Positions 1 to 9,658 are shown, numbered from the stretch's first letter. The stretch is 45,595 bases of DNA from Planctomycetales bacterium (GCA_037445915.1 JBBIJQ010000010.1:1-45595), one strand, 5' to 3'. Program-made: numbers and translations. The notes: generated from the letters alone by a model not told the origin.

Positions 1-149
1 ATGAGGAAATAGACGGCCAGCGACTGGTTGCCATAATACTCGCCGGCGACGACGCCAATGGCGGCGATGAAGACCGTGAAGAATACTATGAAGCCCAATA
101 TCAGGCCCCATGTGCGGTTGATGTTGCTCCGTATCTGATCCTCAAACAT
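1..149 (-). CDS. HtpX-like M48 zinc metalloprotease, N-terminus only (runs off window)
   Basis: Manual translation from ATG at 149: MFEDQIRSNINRTWGLILGFIVFFTVFIAAIGVVAGEYYGNQSLAVYFL. This resembles the 'M(Y/F)EQI.SN..RT' plus TM start of HtpX proteins. The catalytic motif is outside the window. Confidence 0.6.
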   Translation of the reverse strand, partial: MFEDQIRSNINRTWGLILGFIVFFTVFIAAIGVVAGEYYGNQSLAVYFL

Positions 150-247
150 AGAGTTCACCCCATAAGATAACTCCGTATTTTATCAGGATTCCTCGTTTGG
201 TATTGTAGAAGCGATGTTATTGGGGTAAATTAGGGTAGTTAGGCTGG

Positions 248-793
248 ATGGTGAACTTAGTGGACCTTATCCCCGGCAGGCTTACTCTTCTTGTTGGCGA
301 CATATCGCTTGTGAAGACGCAAGCGGTAGTCAATGCCGCAAACACAGAGCTTTGGATGGGCTCTGGAGTTGCCGGCGCGCTCAAAGCGCGCGGCGGCGAT
401 AAGATAGAGAAAGAGGCAAGGGCGCAGTCTCCCATCCGTCCCGGCGGGGCGGTGCTCACAAGCGGCGGCGATTTGTTCGCAGATTATGTCATACATGTTG
501 CCACTATGGAGCTAGGCGCATACGCCACTCCTAAAGCGGTTCGGATGTGCACCATGGGCGCGCTCGCGCTGGCGAAGGACAACCGCATTGACTCCATTTC
601 CTTTCCCGCGCTGGGCACAGGGGTTGGAGGAGTCTCCCTTGATGACTGCGCCAAGGCGATGCTCCCGACCATTTCCCGCTGGGTCCGCGAAAACGACTTG
701 CCGGGCGAGGTTCAGCTTATGCTCTTCCATCAAGAGCACCATGACGCCTTCTTGAATGCCTGGGAACACCTCAAGCTTGAAGGCGAGCTGTAA
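248..793 (+). CDS. Macro domain (ADP-ribose binding/hydrolase) protein
   Basis: GDIS, VVNAAN, MGSGVAGAL, YVIHV and SISFPALGTGVGG motifs. Confidence 0.93.
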   Translation: MVNLVDLIPGRLTLLVGDISLVKTQAVVNAANTELWMGSGVAGALKARGGDKIEKEARAQSPIRPGGAVLTSGGDLFADYVIHVATMELGAYATPKAVRMCTMGALALAKDNRIDSISFPALGTGVGGVSLDDCAKAMLPTISRWVRENDLPGEVQLMLFHQEHHDAFLNAWEHLKLEGEL

Positions 794-938
794 GGCCAGT
801 GATAACTGTTGAGCCATCGTTTGTAAAGCAAAACGGCTTATGGTTTAGTTTCATCCCAGCGGGTTAAACTTCTCTTTAGTTTCAACTTGGCAGCCCCCCG
901 GACATCTTTCACAGTAGCAACTATCTCTCGGGTTACAG

Positions 939-1037
939 CCGTATTAGGCTTATATACGATACTACATAATATCGTATTAGGCCATAATTCAGTTATTATA
1001 GATTAGTAAAACCGTATTAGACCCTATTACGATACTA
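939..1037 (+). repeat. Imperfect direct repeat CCGTATTAG-N7-TACGATACTA x2 plus a third CGTATTAG half, upstream of fic
   Basis: 939-964 CCGTATTAGGCTTATATACGATACTA; 1012-1037 CCGTATTAGACCCTATTACGATACTA; extra CGTATTAG at 973-980. All lie in an AT-rich intergenic region. Confidence 0.7.
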
Positions 1038-1055
1038 TGTGGTATCATAATAGCT

Positions 1056-2201
1056 ATGCCGATAGAATACATCACTATTGCGGAAGGCATTCAGGCGTGC
1101 ATTCCTAATCTGAGCATGAGCGATGTCAAGCTGAACCAAGAAGTTTGGGGAAAGCTTGCGCAAGCCAGCCGCGCGCTTGCTGAACTTAACGGGGCGACTT
1201 CAATGCTGACCATGCCAGGAATGGGAGTATTGACCTATCCGATGCTGGCAAGAGAAGCTGAGACAAGTTCACGAATTGAAGGGACACGCTCAACGCTTGA
1301 AGAAGTGCTGCAAGACGAGATGCACCGTAGCACGACCAAAGGCGAAGCACCCGGGGCGGATTTGCAGGAGGTTCAAAACTACCTTGCCTCTGCACAGCTC
1401 GGGTTTAGGCTTCTTGAGGATTTTCCACTTTGTTGGCGCGTTATCAGGCAATTGCACCGCCAGCTATTAGACGGGGTGCGTGGCAGGTCATGCGCGCCGG
1501 GCGAGTTTCGCCGCATTCAAGTGTGGATTGGCGGCAGGACTATGAAAGAGGCCGTGTATATTCCTCCTCCTCCTGACTACCTGCCCAAACTAACTAGTTT
1601 GCTTGAAGCTTATCTGAATGCCGAAAATGGGCTGGACCCGCTGCTGAAATGCGGTATCGCCCACGCGCAGTTTGAGCTGATACATCCGTTTATGGACGGC
1701 AATGGCCGCGTAGGCAGGCTGCTCATCTCTCTGTTTCTTAGGCAAACAGGCCTGCTTAACCAGCCGGTCTTAGTGTTAAGCGAGTACTTTGAGCACAATC
1801 GTTCTGCATACTATGAAGCGCTCAACAGCGTCGTTTCGGAAGAGAGTTGGGAAAAGTGGCTTAACTACTTTCTTACGGCGGTTCATGCGCAAGCAGAAAC
1901 GCGCCTTCGCTTGACCAATGCGCAAGTAGCGCTTTATTGGGCCTATAAGTCCCGCATCAGAGAACTTGCTGGAAGTAAGCGCGGCGTTAAGCCGGTTTAC
2001 CTGGAGCCTGCACTAGATGTGCTGTTTAAGCATGTTTACATTAACTCTGCGATGATTAAGCGCAGCCTGAACGTGGAGAATGCAACGGCGAGCAGGATTA
2101 TCCAGGGGCTTCACAATCTAGGCGCAATAGTGGAGACATCCGGGCGCAGCCGTAACCGCGAGTATTGCTGCGACGAGCTGCTTAAGCTGCTAAGAGGATA
2201 G
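1056..2201 (+). CDS. Fic family protein (class II type, probable C-terminal HTH)
   Basis: Canonical HPFMDGNGRVGR motif and N-terminal inhibitory SSRIEG motif. C-terminus ATASRIIQGLHNLGAIVETSGRSRNREY is wHTH-like. Confidence 0.95.
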   Translation: MPIEYITIAEGIQACIPNLSMSDVKLNQEVWGKLAQASRALAELNGATSMLTMPGMGVLTYPMLAREAETSSRIEGTRSTLEEVLQDEMHRSTTKGEAPGADLQEVQNYLASAQLGFRLLEDFPLCWRVIRQLHRQLLDGVRGRSCAPGEFRRIQVWIGGRTMKEAVYIPPPPDYLPKLTSLLEAYLNAENGLDPLLKCGIAHAQFELIHPFMDGNGRVGRLLISLFLRQTGLLNQPVLVLSEYFEHNRSAYYEALNSVVSEESWEKWLNYFLTAVHAQAETRLRLTNAQVALYWAYKSRIRELAGSKRGVKPVYLEPALDVLFKHVYINSAMIKRSLNVENATASRIIQGLHNLGAIVETSGRSRNREYCCDELLKLLRG

Positions 2202-2207
2202 GGGCGC

Positions 2208-3593
2208 TTACTCCTCAAGCTCCCAGGATGTCGCGCCAAGGGTCTTGTCGGCGGCGTCCACCTTGCCCGACGCGAGCAGGTCGGCAGCGGAGGCAATCAG
2301 CGTGGCGTCTCCCTCGCGCCCTGCCATCATCAGCACCGTCTTCGCGCGGTCAATAATCACCGTCGCCGTCCCCGCGTCATGCGCGAGAAGCTGCTTGGCG
2401 CGGCTAATCTCCGCAACCACGTCCTTCACGCGCATAACCGCGTCAACCTTCGGGTTGATTGAATCAAGTATCAGCTTGCGGTCGGCTGTGAACTGCACGA
2501 TGGATTCCGCGGGCATCTCGGTGCGCGAGGTTTGCCCCAAGTATTCAAATGACAGCGCGGATTCCAAGACTCTAAAGCGCGCGGCAGGATGCGCGTCAAA
2601 CACGAGCTTTATCAGAAGGTTTTGCGGCTGGCCCGCGACTATGTCCGGCAGCTCAATGACCGCCAGCCCGCCTTCAGCCTGCACTTCGCGCCCGTAGAAC
2701 TTGTCAAGGCGCACGCCCTTGGGAAGCTTCAGCGTCATGCGCACAGCCTTCGCCACGACTTCAAACAACGTCGCCAGCTCCGTCTCAAACACGCGCGGCA
2801 GGTCGCTCACCGCGTCCACGTAGTAGTAATTGCCAAGCGTGTTCTTCGCGACGCCGCGCATCAGCTCTTCGTTGTATTCAACGCCCACGCCGATGGTGGA
2901 AATGCTAAAGCCTTCGCGCTTGATGCCGCGCGCCTTGGCGATTATCTCGCCGTATTCAGTGACGCCCTCGTTGGCTTCGCCGTCGGTGAGCAGGATGATG
3001 CGCGAAAGGTGCGTCGCGCCCTTCACCATCGCAAGCTGGTTCGCGCCGGCAGCCATCCCGCCGTAGAGGTTCGTGGTGCCGCGCGGGCGGATGAGGTCAA
3101 GCTGCGCCTTGAGCGCTTCCTTCATCGTCACCGGCGATTGCGCCAGCACGACGTCCACGTTCTCCGCGAAGGTCACGATTGAAAGCGTGTCGGCGGGGCC
3201 GAGCTTGTCTATGAGCTGGCGGCAGGCTTCCTTCACGTATTCCAGCGGCCGGCCTTCCATGCTTCCCGACTTGTCAAGCACGATGGACAGGTTCACCGGC
3301 GGTCGCACGAGCTTTTGCCCCATGAACGCGCCGGAAAGCTCGCACAGCAAAAAGTTCTCGCTGCGCGCATCGGCGAGCGCGTAAGGGTTGTGCACCATCA
3401 GGTTCAGCGTGACTTCGGGCTTTAGCAGCGCGAGGTCAACCGTTTGCAGCGCCTGCGCCATCACGGTGGCGTCGCCTGCGGCCACGGGCGCGGTGGAAAC
3501 TACGGTCGCTGCGCCGGTTCCCTGGACTACAATCGTGGCGTCGCCGTGGCTTTCGGGGGAGACAATGGTCGCGTCGTTACTGGTCGTTTCCAT
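2208..3593 (-). CDS. vWA domain protein (YfbK-like)
   Basis: MIDAS motif VLDKSGSM, plus GTTNL, ILLTDGEAN and STIGVG. Confidence 0.92.
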   Translation of the reverse strand: METTSNDATIVSPESHGDATIVVQGTGAATVVSTAPVAAGDATVMAQALQTVDLALLKPEVTLNLMVHNPYALADARSENFLLCELSGAFMGQKLVRPPVNLSIVLDKSGSMEGRPLEYVKEACRQLIDKLGPADTLSIVTFAENVDVVLAQSPVTMKEALKAQLDLIRPRGTTNLYGGMAAGANQLAMVKGATHLSRIILLTDGEANEGVTEYGEIIAKARGIKREGFSISTIGVGVEYNEELMRGVAKNTLGNYYYVDAVSDLPRVFETELATLFEVVAKAVRMTLKLPKGVRLDKFYGREVQAEGGLAVIELPDIVAGQPQNLLIKLVFDAHPAARFRVLESALSFEYLGQTSRTEMPAESIVQFTADRKLILDSINPKVDAVMRVKDVVAEISRAKQLLAHDAGTATVIIDRAKTVLMMAGREGDATLIASAADLLASGKVDAADKTLGATSWELEE

Positions 3594-3745
3594 AGGTCTA
3601 TTAGACTACCATCAAGCTGGGATTGTTGCATAGAAGGGGGCGTGGGGGCGGATGCAGGATTAGATTTCCTGAGGTTTACTAAAGTGGTCTTTGGGGGACC
3701 TGCGCCTTGGCCAGACGCAGCCAAATCAGGAAAGAGGAAAGAGAG

Positions 3746-5005
3746 ATGGAAACCGTTTTTCGCTCACGAGGGGCTACTTTCGCTCTGCCATTCCGCATGC
3801 TCGCGCTTGCCTTGGCGATAGCGCTCATGGGCGCTTCGTGCGGCACTAGCGCGAGACTCGCGCAGCCTGCATCGCTCGCGCCTCAAGCGCATGCCGTCTC
3901 GGCGCAAGTCGCCGAAGTACTTGCAGCGCAAGCGCCCGAAGGCGTGGACGCCGCGCTGTGGGGGATGCTGAGGGATGAGCTTGTGAGGGAGCTTGAGACA
4001 TCTGCTGGCAAGCGAACTGCATCTGCTCCGATGACGATTCTCCCAATGAACAGCTATCGCCGAGGGATAGGAATGGGCTGGGATGATGAGTTTATGAGGG
4101 CGGATGGGTCCGGTAATGGGATTGTAGACGTAGCAGACTTATCGACGATAGTCATGCATTATCACCATTAGGCTGATTACATCAACGCGCCTGGCAAGGT
4201 GGCTGACTATAACAACGATGGTTATATCTCCTTAGGTGATGTTACAGCGCTGGCGCGCTCTTGCGGGATGAGTTGCAGCGGCTTTCGGACTGAGTACTCA
4301 ACCGAATGGGAGAATAGCGGCTTTAGTCCCGGAGGATTCATAAGCTACGACGATTACAGGATAAATATGCCAAACTTCAACACAGATCGCCGCTTGTTTG
4401 TGTACCCTTCTGATACGGCCAGTGAAAATCCTTATTGGATGCGAGTGTGGGCGATTAATCGGAATGGCGAAGACATCGGATATCACGTTTTTGAAGTCGC
4501 AGCCGAAAAAGGGCTTTATCCACCCATCGGCAGCCTGGCGCTAGCTATTCTCTCCAGCTCTCCACCGGCCATCACCTGGAATACCATGAATTTGAAGATG
4601 GCGGATGGTAATCAAGATGGAACTACAAACCAATTTGACCTAGCTTTCGTCTCGGAGCTTTTTGGGATTGACACACTAGAGAATCCCCAGTATTCAGTGA
4701 TGGATTATGACGATGATGGGCTTATTGGAGTCTCAGATGTAACAGGGGTCGGGACAGGCTTCTTGCTTGGGGTGGACAGCTACCTGATAGAGCTATCCAC
4801 GCAATCATCCGATGAAGGTTTCGCGGCGAACGGGACGGTGGAGTATCTAGATTCCGCAGGCTTCAACGCGAACGGCTTCAGGTATTACGAATACACAATT
4901 GCTTCGTCGCCAGTGGGCGTCCCATACTGGGTGCGAGTAACGCCTGTCGCGCCAAATGGTGAAATCGGCATTCCTAGCGATGCGGTGGAGTTTGGGGGAA
5001 GCTAA
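3746..5005 (+). pseudogene. Lipoprotein with dockerin/EF-hand-like repeats, interrupted by in-frame TAG at 4169-4171
   Basis: ORFs 3707-4171 and 4199-5005 are in the same frame, with open codons between them (ADYINAPGKV). Signal and lipobox-like MGASC. Four DxxxDG/DxxxNG..D motifs. N-terminal motif shared with 29154-31376. Confidence 0.7.
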
Positions 5006-5079
5006 CCTGTATAGAGAAGGCAGAATGAGGCGGGTCGCGGCGTGCCCGGATTGGGGACGCTGAGAAGCGAAGAAGTAAT

Positions 5080-5439
5080 AAACGGGTACGCCGGGCTCAC
5101 AAGCCCGGCTCTGGGTTCTCTATATTGATTATAGAGGGTGGCACATGCGTCCCGCTTGTGCGTATAGACCACAGCCGGAACGGCTGTGACACCACTTCCG
5201 AGGCTATGGTAGGAAAACAGTGGATACGCGACCTGGTGGCCGCGTTACTTAACGCACAGACGAGACGTCCGTGCCACCAAGAATATTCCATAGCCGAGCT
5301 GGTGACCCTCCAAAGGCGGGTAAAGCGCGGCGTACCCGAGGAATCGGATCTATGGGTTCCAGAGCCGGGCTAAAGCCCGGCGTACGGCGTTTTTCCTTTG
5401 GCGCGGTACCCACCTTCGCCAAGGCTACTGCGGGCAAGC
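5080..5439. repeat. REP/MITE-like palindromic repeat cluster
   Basis: GTACGCCGGGCTCACAAGCCCGGCTCTGG (5086-5114) is inverted relative to CCAGAGCCGGGCTAAAGCCCGGCGTAC (5359-5385). CCTTCGCCAAGGCTACTGCGGGCAAGC lies at 5413-5439. Related copies occur at 25652-26112. Confidence 0.75.
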
Positions 5440-5477
5440 AAGTCCGCGCCCTACACCGCACATGCTAAAATCCACGC

Positions 5478-6233
5478 GTGCCGGAGGCGCTGCTTAAAGT
5501 AGATAACATCGCGCATGCCTACCCCGACGGGACAAAGGCGTTGCGCGGACTGTCACTCGCAGTCGCGCCGGGCGAAATCGTGAGCATCATCGGCCTCTCC
5601 GGCGCGGGTAAATCCACCTTGCTTCGCTGCATCAACGGCTTGGTGCGCCCGCAAAGCGGGACGGTCACCTTCGCGGGCAAGGCGGTCGCGTGGGACGCGC
5701 GCACGCTGCGGCTGCTTCGCCGCGACATCGGCATGGTCTTCCAGCACTTCAACCTCATCGGCAACCTTACCGTGCTCACGAACGTGCTGCTGGGGCGGCT
5801 CGGTTATCAACCATCTTGGATGCAGCCCTTCTACCGCTTCAGCGCGCAGGACAGGGACATCGCCGCATCAGCGCTGGAAAAAGTCGGGATGCTGCGCGAA
5901 TGGCACAAGCGCGCGAGCGAGCTTTCCGGCGGGCAGCAGCAAAGGGTAGGTGTGGCGCGCGCGCTGGCGCAGGAGCCTAAGCTTTTGCTGGCGGACGAGC
6001 CGGTCTCCAGCCTTGACCCGCTCACCGCGGACATCGTGCTGGGGCATTTCGTAGAGATTGTGCGCGGCGAAGGGCTCGCAGCGCTGATGAACCTGCACAC
6101 GGTGGAGCTGGCGCGCAAATACAGCGACCGCATGGTGGGCGTGCGCGACGGGCGCGCGGTCTGGGAAGGATTGCCCGCCGAAGCGACGACCGGTGTCCTG
6201 AAGTCCATTTACGGGGATGAGTATGCCGGTTGA
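5478..6233 (+). CDS. phnC: Phosphonate/phosphite-type ABC transporter ATP-binding protein
   Basis: GLSGAGKST Walker A, LSGGQQQRV, LLADEPVSSLDP, NVLLGRLG. Followed by a PhnE-like permease. Confidence 0.9.
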   Translation: MPEALLKVDNIAHAYPDGTKALRGLSLAVAPGEIVSIIGLSGAGKSTLLRCINGLVRPQSGTVTFAGKAVAWDARTLRLLRRDIGMVFQHFNLIGNLTVLTNVLLGRLGYQPSWMQPFYRFSAQDRDIAASALEKVGMLREWHKRASELSGGQQQRVGVARALAQEPKLLLADEPVSSLDPLTADIVLGHFVEIVRGEGLAALMNLHTVELARKYSDRMVGVRDGRAVWEGLPAEATTGVLKSIYGDEYAG

Positions 6234-7056
6234 GCGCGCACAAGTGATGCTTCCCCCGCGCCCGCAATCGCCGGGGGCGCGCATAGCGCGCATCGCCTGG
6301 TGGATGGCGCTCGTTATGCTGGTTGCATACATCGCGCTAGCGCTGGTTCAGACCGAGTTCAACCCGCTCAAGCTAATTGCCGGAGGGTCAAGCGCGCGCG
6401 AAATCCTTTCGCAGATAATCCACCCCGACTGGAGCATCCTCGGCAAGCTGCTCAAGCTGATGAACGAAACGGTGGAGATCGCGCTTATCGGCACGCTTAT
6501 CGCGATAATCATCAGCTTCCCGCTATCGTTCCTCGCCGCGAAGAACTTGATGCTTGGCACTCCACTGGGGCGCGCGGTGTATGCGCTGGTGCGGCTTATT
6601 TTCAACGTGCTGCGCGCGTTTGAGCCGGTGCTGCTGGCTGTGCTGTTTGTGCTGATGGTCGGCATCGGGCCGTTCCCTGGCGTGCTGGCGCTGGGGCTGC
6701 ACAGCGTGGGGATGCTCGGCAAGCTGTTTAGCGAAGCAATTGAAGGCATTAACCAGGGGCCGGTGGAGGCGATTCAGGCGTGTGGCGGCAACCGCTTTCA
6801 GGTAATCTGGTACGGCATTCTCCCGCAGATAGCTCCTGCTTTCCTCGCGTTTTCCATCTACCGCTGGGACATCAACATCCGCATGAGCATCGTGCTGGGC
6901 ATAGTCGGAGCGGGCGGCATCGGCTACATGTTGTTGCAATACATGAACCTGCTGCAGTACAGCAAAGTCGCCACCGCGTTCATACTTATCCTCATCGTGG
7001 TGACCGCTCTGGACTACGCGAGCGCAGCCCTGCGCACGCGCCTCGGCCAGCGTTAG
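6217..7056 (+). CDS. phnE: Phosphonate-type ABC transporter permease
   Basis: GMLGKLFSEAIE, GPVEAIQACG and YRWDINIRMSIVLGIVGAGGIG motifs. Multiple TM segments. Confidence 0.92.
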   Translation: MSMPVERAQVMLPPRPQSPGARIARIAWWMALVMLVAYIALALVQTEFNPLKLIAGGSSAREILSQIIHPDWSILGKLLKLMNETVEIALIGTLIAIIISFPLSFLAAKNLMLGTPLGRAVYALVRLIFNVLRAFEPVLLAVLFVLMVGIGPFPGVLALGLHSVGMLGKLFSEAIEGINQGPVEAIQACGGNRFQVIWYGILPQIAPAFLAFSIYRWDINIRMSIVLGIVGAGGIGYMLLQYMNLLQYSKVATAFILILIVVTALDYASAALRTRLGQR

Positions 7057-7100
7057 GCGCAATGCTTGCCGCATCCACGCGCACATTGTAGAATCGCCGC

Positions 7101-8396
7101 GTGATAACCCGCCTAACCTGCGCTTTCGCGCTCGCGCTAGTTTTGGCGCTTGCGTTTGCCGCCTGCGTGCTTGCCGCAGACGATGATGACGCCGCGCCCG
7201 ACCTGACAGTCATCGCATTCATCACCGGCCAGCAAGCCCAATCGCAAGAAGCGAAAGAGGAAGACAAGCCTGCTGAAGAAACCGCGCCTGCCGAAGAAGC
7301 ACAGCCGGCTGATGAGGAAGATACGCAAGCCGCAGATGCGCAGGCTGATGAAGCAGCAGGGGAGCCTGCGGAAGAGGTTCAGCCTCCCGCAACGCCGGAG
7401 CAGGACGTCGCCGCCGGATTGGAGTTGTTGAAAACGGTTGAGGCGCAAGCGCAGGCAGAGCAGCCCGTGAAGCCGGAGAAGAAAGTAGGCGAATTCTTCG
7501 GGCCGCTGCAAACGCGCACGATGCACCCTCTGCACCAGTATCTTTTCAATTTCCCCGCCGACCGCGCACGGACGCTGAAGAAAGGGCATTCCGAGTTCGC
7601 GGTGCATCTCCAGGGCGCGAGCAATATAGTCAAGGAGACTTCGGGCGGCGCAATTGTTGACCTTGACCTGGAGAGTTGGACTTACCAGTTTGAGCTGCGC
7701 AAGTCTGCATGGGGCGGAGAGATTACTGCTATCGTCCCGCTGCGCGATAACACGCACGGCTTCATGGATAACTTAATAGACGGTTGGCATACGTTCTTTG
7801 GCCTTTTCTCAGGCGACCGTCCAAATTACCCCGCCAACGATTACCACTATTTCGTGCGCGATCCCCTTGGGAACACGCTTAACGTGCCTTCCGACCAATT
7901 CGGGTTTGGCGATATTAGCCTTGTGTGGAAACATGAAATCGGTGATAGCGCAGCCGACCATGCGCTTTCCTACCGCGTCGGCGTGAAGCTGCCAACCGGC
8001 GACTTTGACAAGGGCCTAGGCAGCGGCGGGGTGGATGCAGGCGTCGGCCTGGCATATGAAACGCTGGGCGAGAGATGGGCCGGATACGCCAACTTGAACT
8101 ATATCTTCACGAGCCAGGGCGACTTTGGCGGCTTCCAGGTTAACGACATCATTACCGGCTCGCTGGCGGCTGAATACCGCTTGCGGCATACTTGGTGGCT
8201 TACCGGCCAGGTTGACTACGCACAGTATCCGCTAACTACAGGCTCCAATTTGGATAAGGACTCGCTGGAACTGCTATTTGGCTTCCACAAGCTGCTGGAG
8301 AAGGAGCTTCTCTTCAGCGGCGGGTTTACTGAGGATATCAGCCTAGAGTCGTCGCCTGATTTCGGCATCATCGCGGAGCTGCGCTGGCGCTTCTAG
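7101..8396 (+). CDS. Secreted/outer-membrane beta-barrel protein (DUF3187-like)
   Basis: Signal peptide, acidic low-complexity linker, MDNLIDGWHTFFGL, VKLPTGD..GLGSG and C-terminal LRWRF. Family recognised by eye. Confidence 0.65.
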   Translation: MITRLTCAFALALVLALAFAACVLAADDDDAAPDLTVIAFITGQQAQSQEAKEEDKPAEETAPAEEAQPADEEDTQAADAQADEAAGEPAEEVQPPATPEQDVAAGLELLKTVEAQAQAEQPVKPEKKVGEFFGPLQTRTMHPLHQYLFNFPADRARTLKKGHSEFAVHLQGASNIVKETSGGAIVDLDLESWTYQFELRKSAWGGEITAIVPLRDNTHGFMDNLIDGWHTFFGLFSGDRPNYPANDYHYFVRDPLGNTLNVPSDQFGFGDISLVWKHEIGDSAADHALSYRVGVKLPTGDFDKGLGSGGVDAGVGLAYETLGERWAGYANLNYIFTSQGDFGGFQVNDIITGSLAAEYRLRHTWWLTGQVDYAQYPLTTGSNLDKDSLELLFGFHKLLEKELLFSGGFTEDISLESSPDFGIIAELRWRF

Positions 8397-8399
8397 CAG

Positions 8400-9056
8400 A
8401 TGAACATTGTGCGCGGAATAGCGTCTAATCAAGCGATGGCGCTTGTCCTAACGGCAGAGCTTATGGCCAACCGCGAAGCGAATGGTGTGCCCGCGCCGCC
8501 TTTTGAGGTGGAACTGGTAATGCGCACCCGCAGCGGCGACGATTCCGCGTTTGCGGAACTAGTCCAGCTCTACCAGACTCGTATCTTTAACTTCGTCCTT
8601 TCGCGGCTGCGCGACAGGCAGTTGGCGGAAGATGTGACACAGGAAGTGCTGGTCAAGGCCTATTACAACTTGGGGCGGCTTCGCGATGCCTCCAAGTTCA
8701 AGTCGTGGCTCTTTAGCATTGCGCATAACCACATGCGCGACCTTACGCGCCGCAAGCAGTTGAAGTTCGCGGATACTGAAGACGGGCACATTGAACATTA
8801 CGTGGACGGCGGCAACCCGGAAGTTGACCTGGCGCGCGACAGGCTGCAAGCCCTCGTGAAGAAAGCGCTGGCGAAGCTGAAGCCGGATCAGCGCGAGATA
8901 CTTCAGCTTTGCGACATTGAAGGCTTGAGCTACAAGCAGATCGCGGACATTATGCATATCCCGCTGGGAACAGTGCAGTCGCGCATTTATTACTCGCGCA
9001 AGCGGGTCAAAGAGATCCTTACCGGGGAGTTCGGTTACTCGGGTGACGAAATATGA
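8400..9056 (+). CDS. ECF RNA polymerase sigma factor
   Basis: AEDVTQEV, FKSWLFSIAHN (region 2); GLSYKQIADIMHIPLGTVQSRIY (region 4). True start may be slightly downstream. Confidence 0.95.
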   Translation: MNIVRGIASNQAMALVLTAELMANREANGVPAPPFEVELVMRTRSGDDSAFAELVQLYQTRIFNFVLSRLRDRQLAEDVTQEVLVKAYYNLGRLRDASKFKSWLFSIAHNHMRDLTRRKQLKFADTEDGHIEHYVDGGNPEVDLARDRLQALVKKALAKLKPDQREILQLCDIEGLSYKQIADIMHIPLGTVQSRIYYSRKRVKEILTGEFGYSGDEI

Positions 9057-9649
9057 GATGTGAAGATATCAGAGGGATTATGTGCGCCCTGGCGGACGGC
9101 GAAGTGACTCCGCGAGTCCGTTCGGAAGCGGAAGCGCACTTGAAGGCTTGCGCCGCATGTAGGGCGGAGCATTCCGCGCAGCTTGCTGTAAAAGGCATGC
9201 TTTCAAGTTTGCCGCAGGAGGACGCGCCTGCATTTCTAATGACGCGCGTGATGGCAGAGATTGCGCAGCGCAAGCGTGCGCACAGCCCGATAAAGCTGCG
9301 CTGGGCGTATTCAGGCGCGGCGGCATTGGTGCTGCTGCTTGTAGTTGCCGCCATCGGGGTCATGCACCCGGGCGGCAGCGCCCAAAACAGCGGCATATAT
9401 AAGGCGCTTCCCAACCAGCCCTCTGAGGTGCGGCTCGCTCCCGCCAACGGGCTGACGCACGCCAGCGCGGAAGCTGAATACCCGACTTTCGGCGAGTTTG
9501 TGCAGCAGAGGCATGAAGATGTCCGCGACAGCTTGCGCGTCCACCAGGAGTTTTCGCCCGGCCTAGAAAGCGCCGTTCGCGAGCTAAAGGGCTCAAACGG
9601 AATCTACAAAGAGCTGCCGGAAGACAAAGACAAGGAGAAGGGCAAATAG
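9053..9649 (+). CDS. Zinc-binding (zf-HC2) transmembrane anti-sigma factor
   Basis: HLKACAAC (HxxxCxxC) and a single TM. ATGA overlap with the sigma gene. Confidence 0.9.
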   Translation: MRCEDIRGIMCALADGEVTPRVRSEAEAHLKACAACRAEHSAQLAVKGMLSSLPQEDAPAFLMTRVMAEIAQRKRAHSPIKLRWAYSGAAALVLLLVVAAIGVMHPGGSAQNSGIYKALPNQPSEVRLAPANGLTHASAEAEYPTFGEFVQQRHEDVRDSLRVHQEFSPGLESAVRELKGSNGIYKELPEDKDKEKGK

Positions 9650-9658
9650 CTCCTTGAG

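Noticed and set aside
939-1037. Possible mini-CRISPR (26-bp repeats with 73-bp period)
   Set aside because: Only two degenerate copies, the spacer itself contains a repeat half, and no cas genes are present.
4169-4171. Genome-wide TAG recoding
   Set aside because: TAG ends conserved genes at expected positions (rpmB, MCP, phnE, leuS).
5097-5468. Short ORFs between the lipoprotein and phnC
   Set aside because: Overlap REP-like palindromes; no RBS or recognisable motifs.
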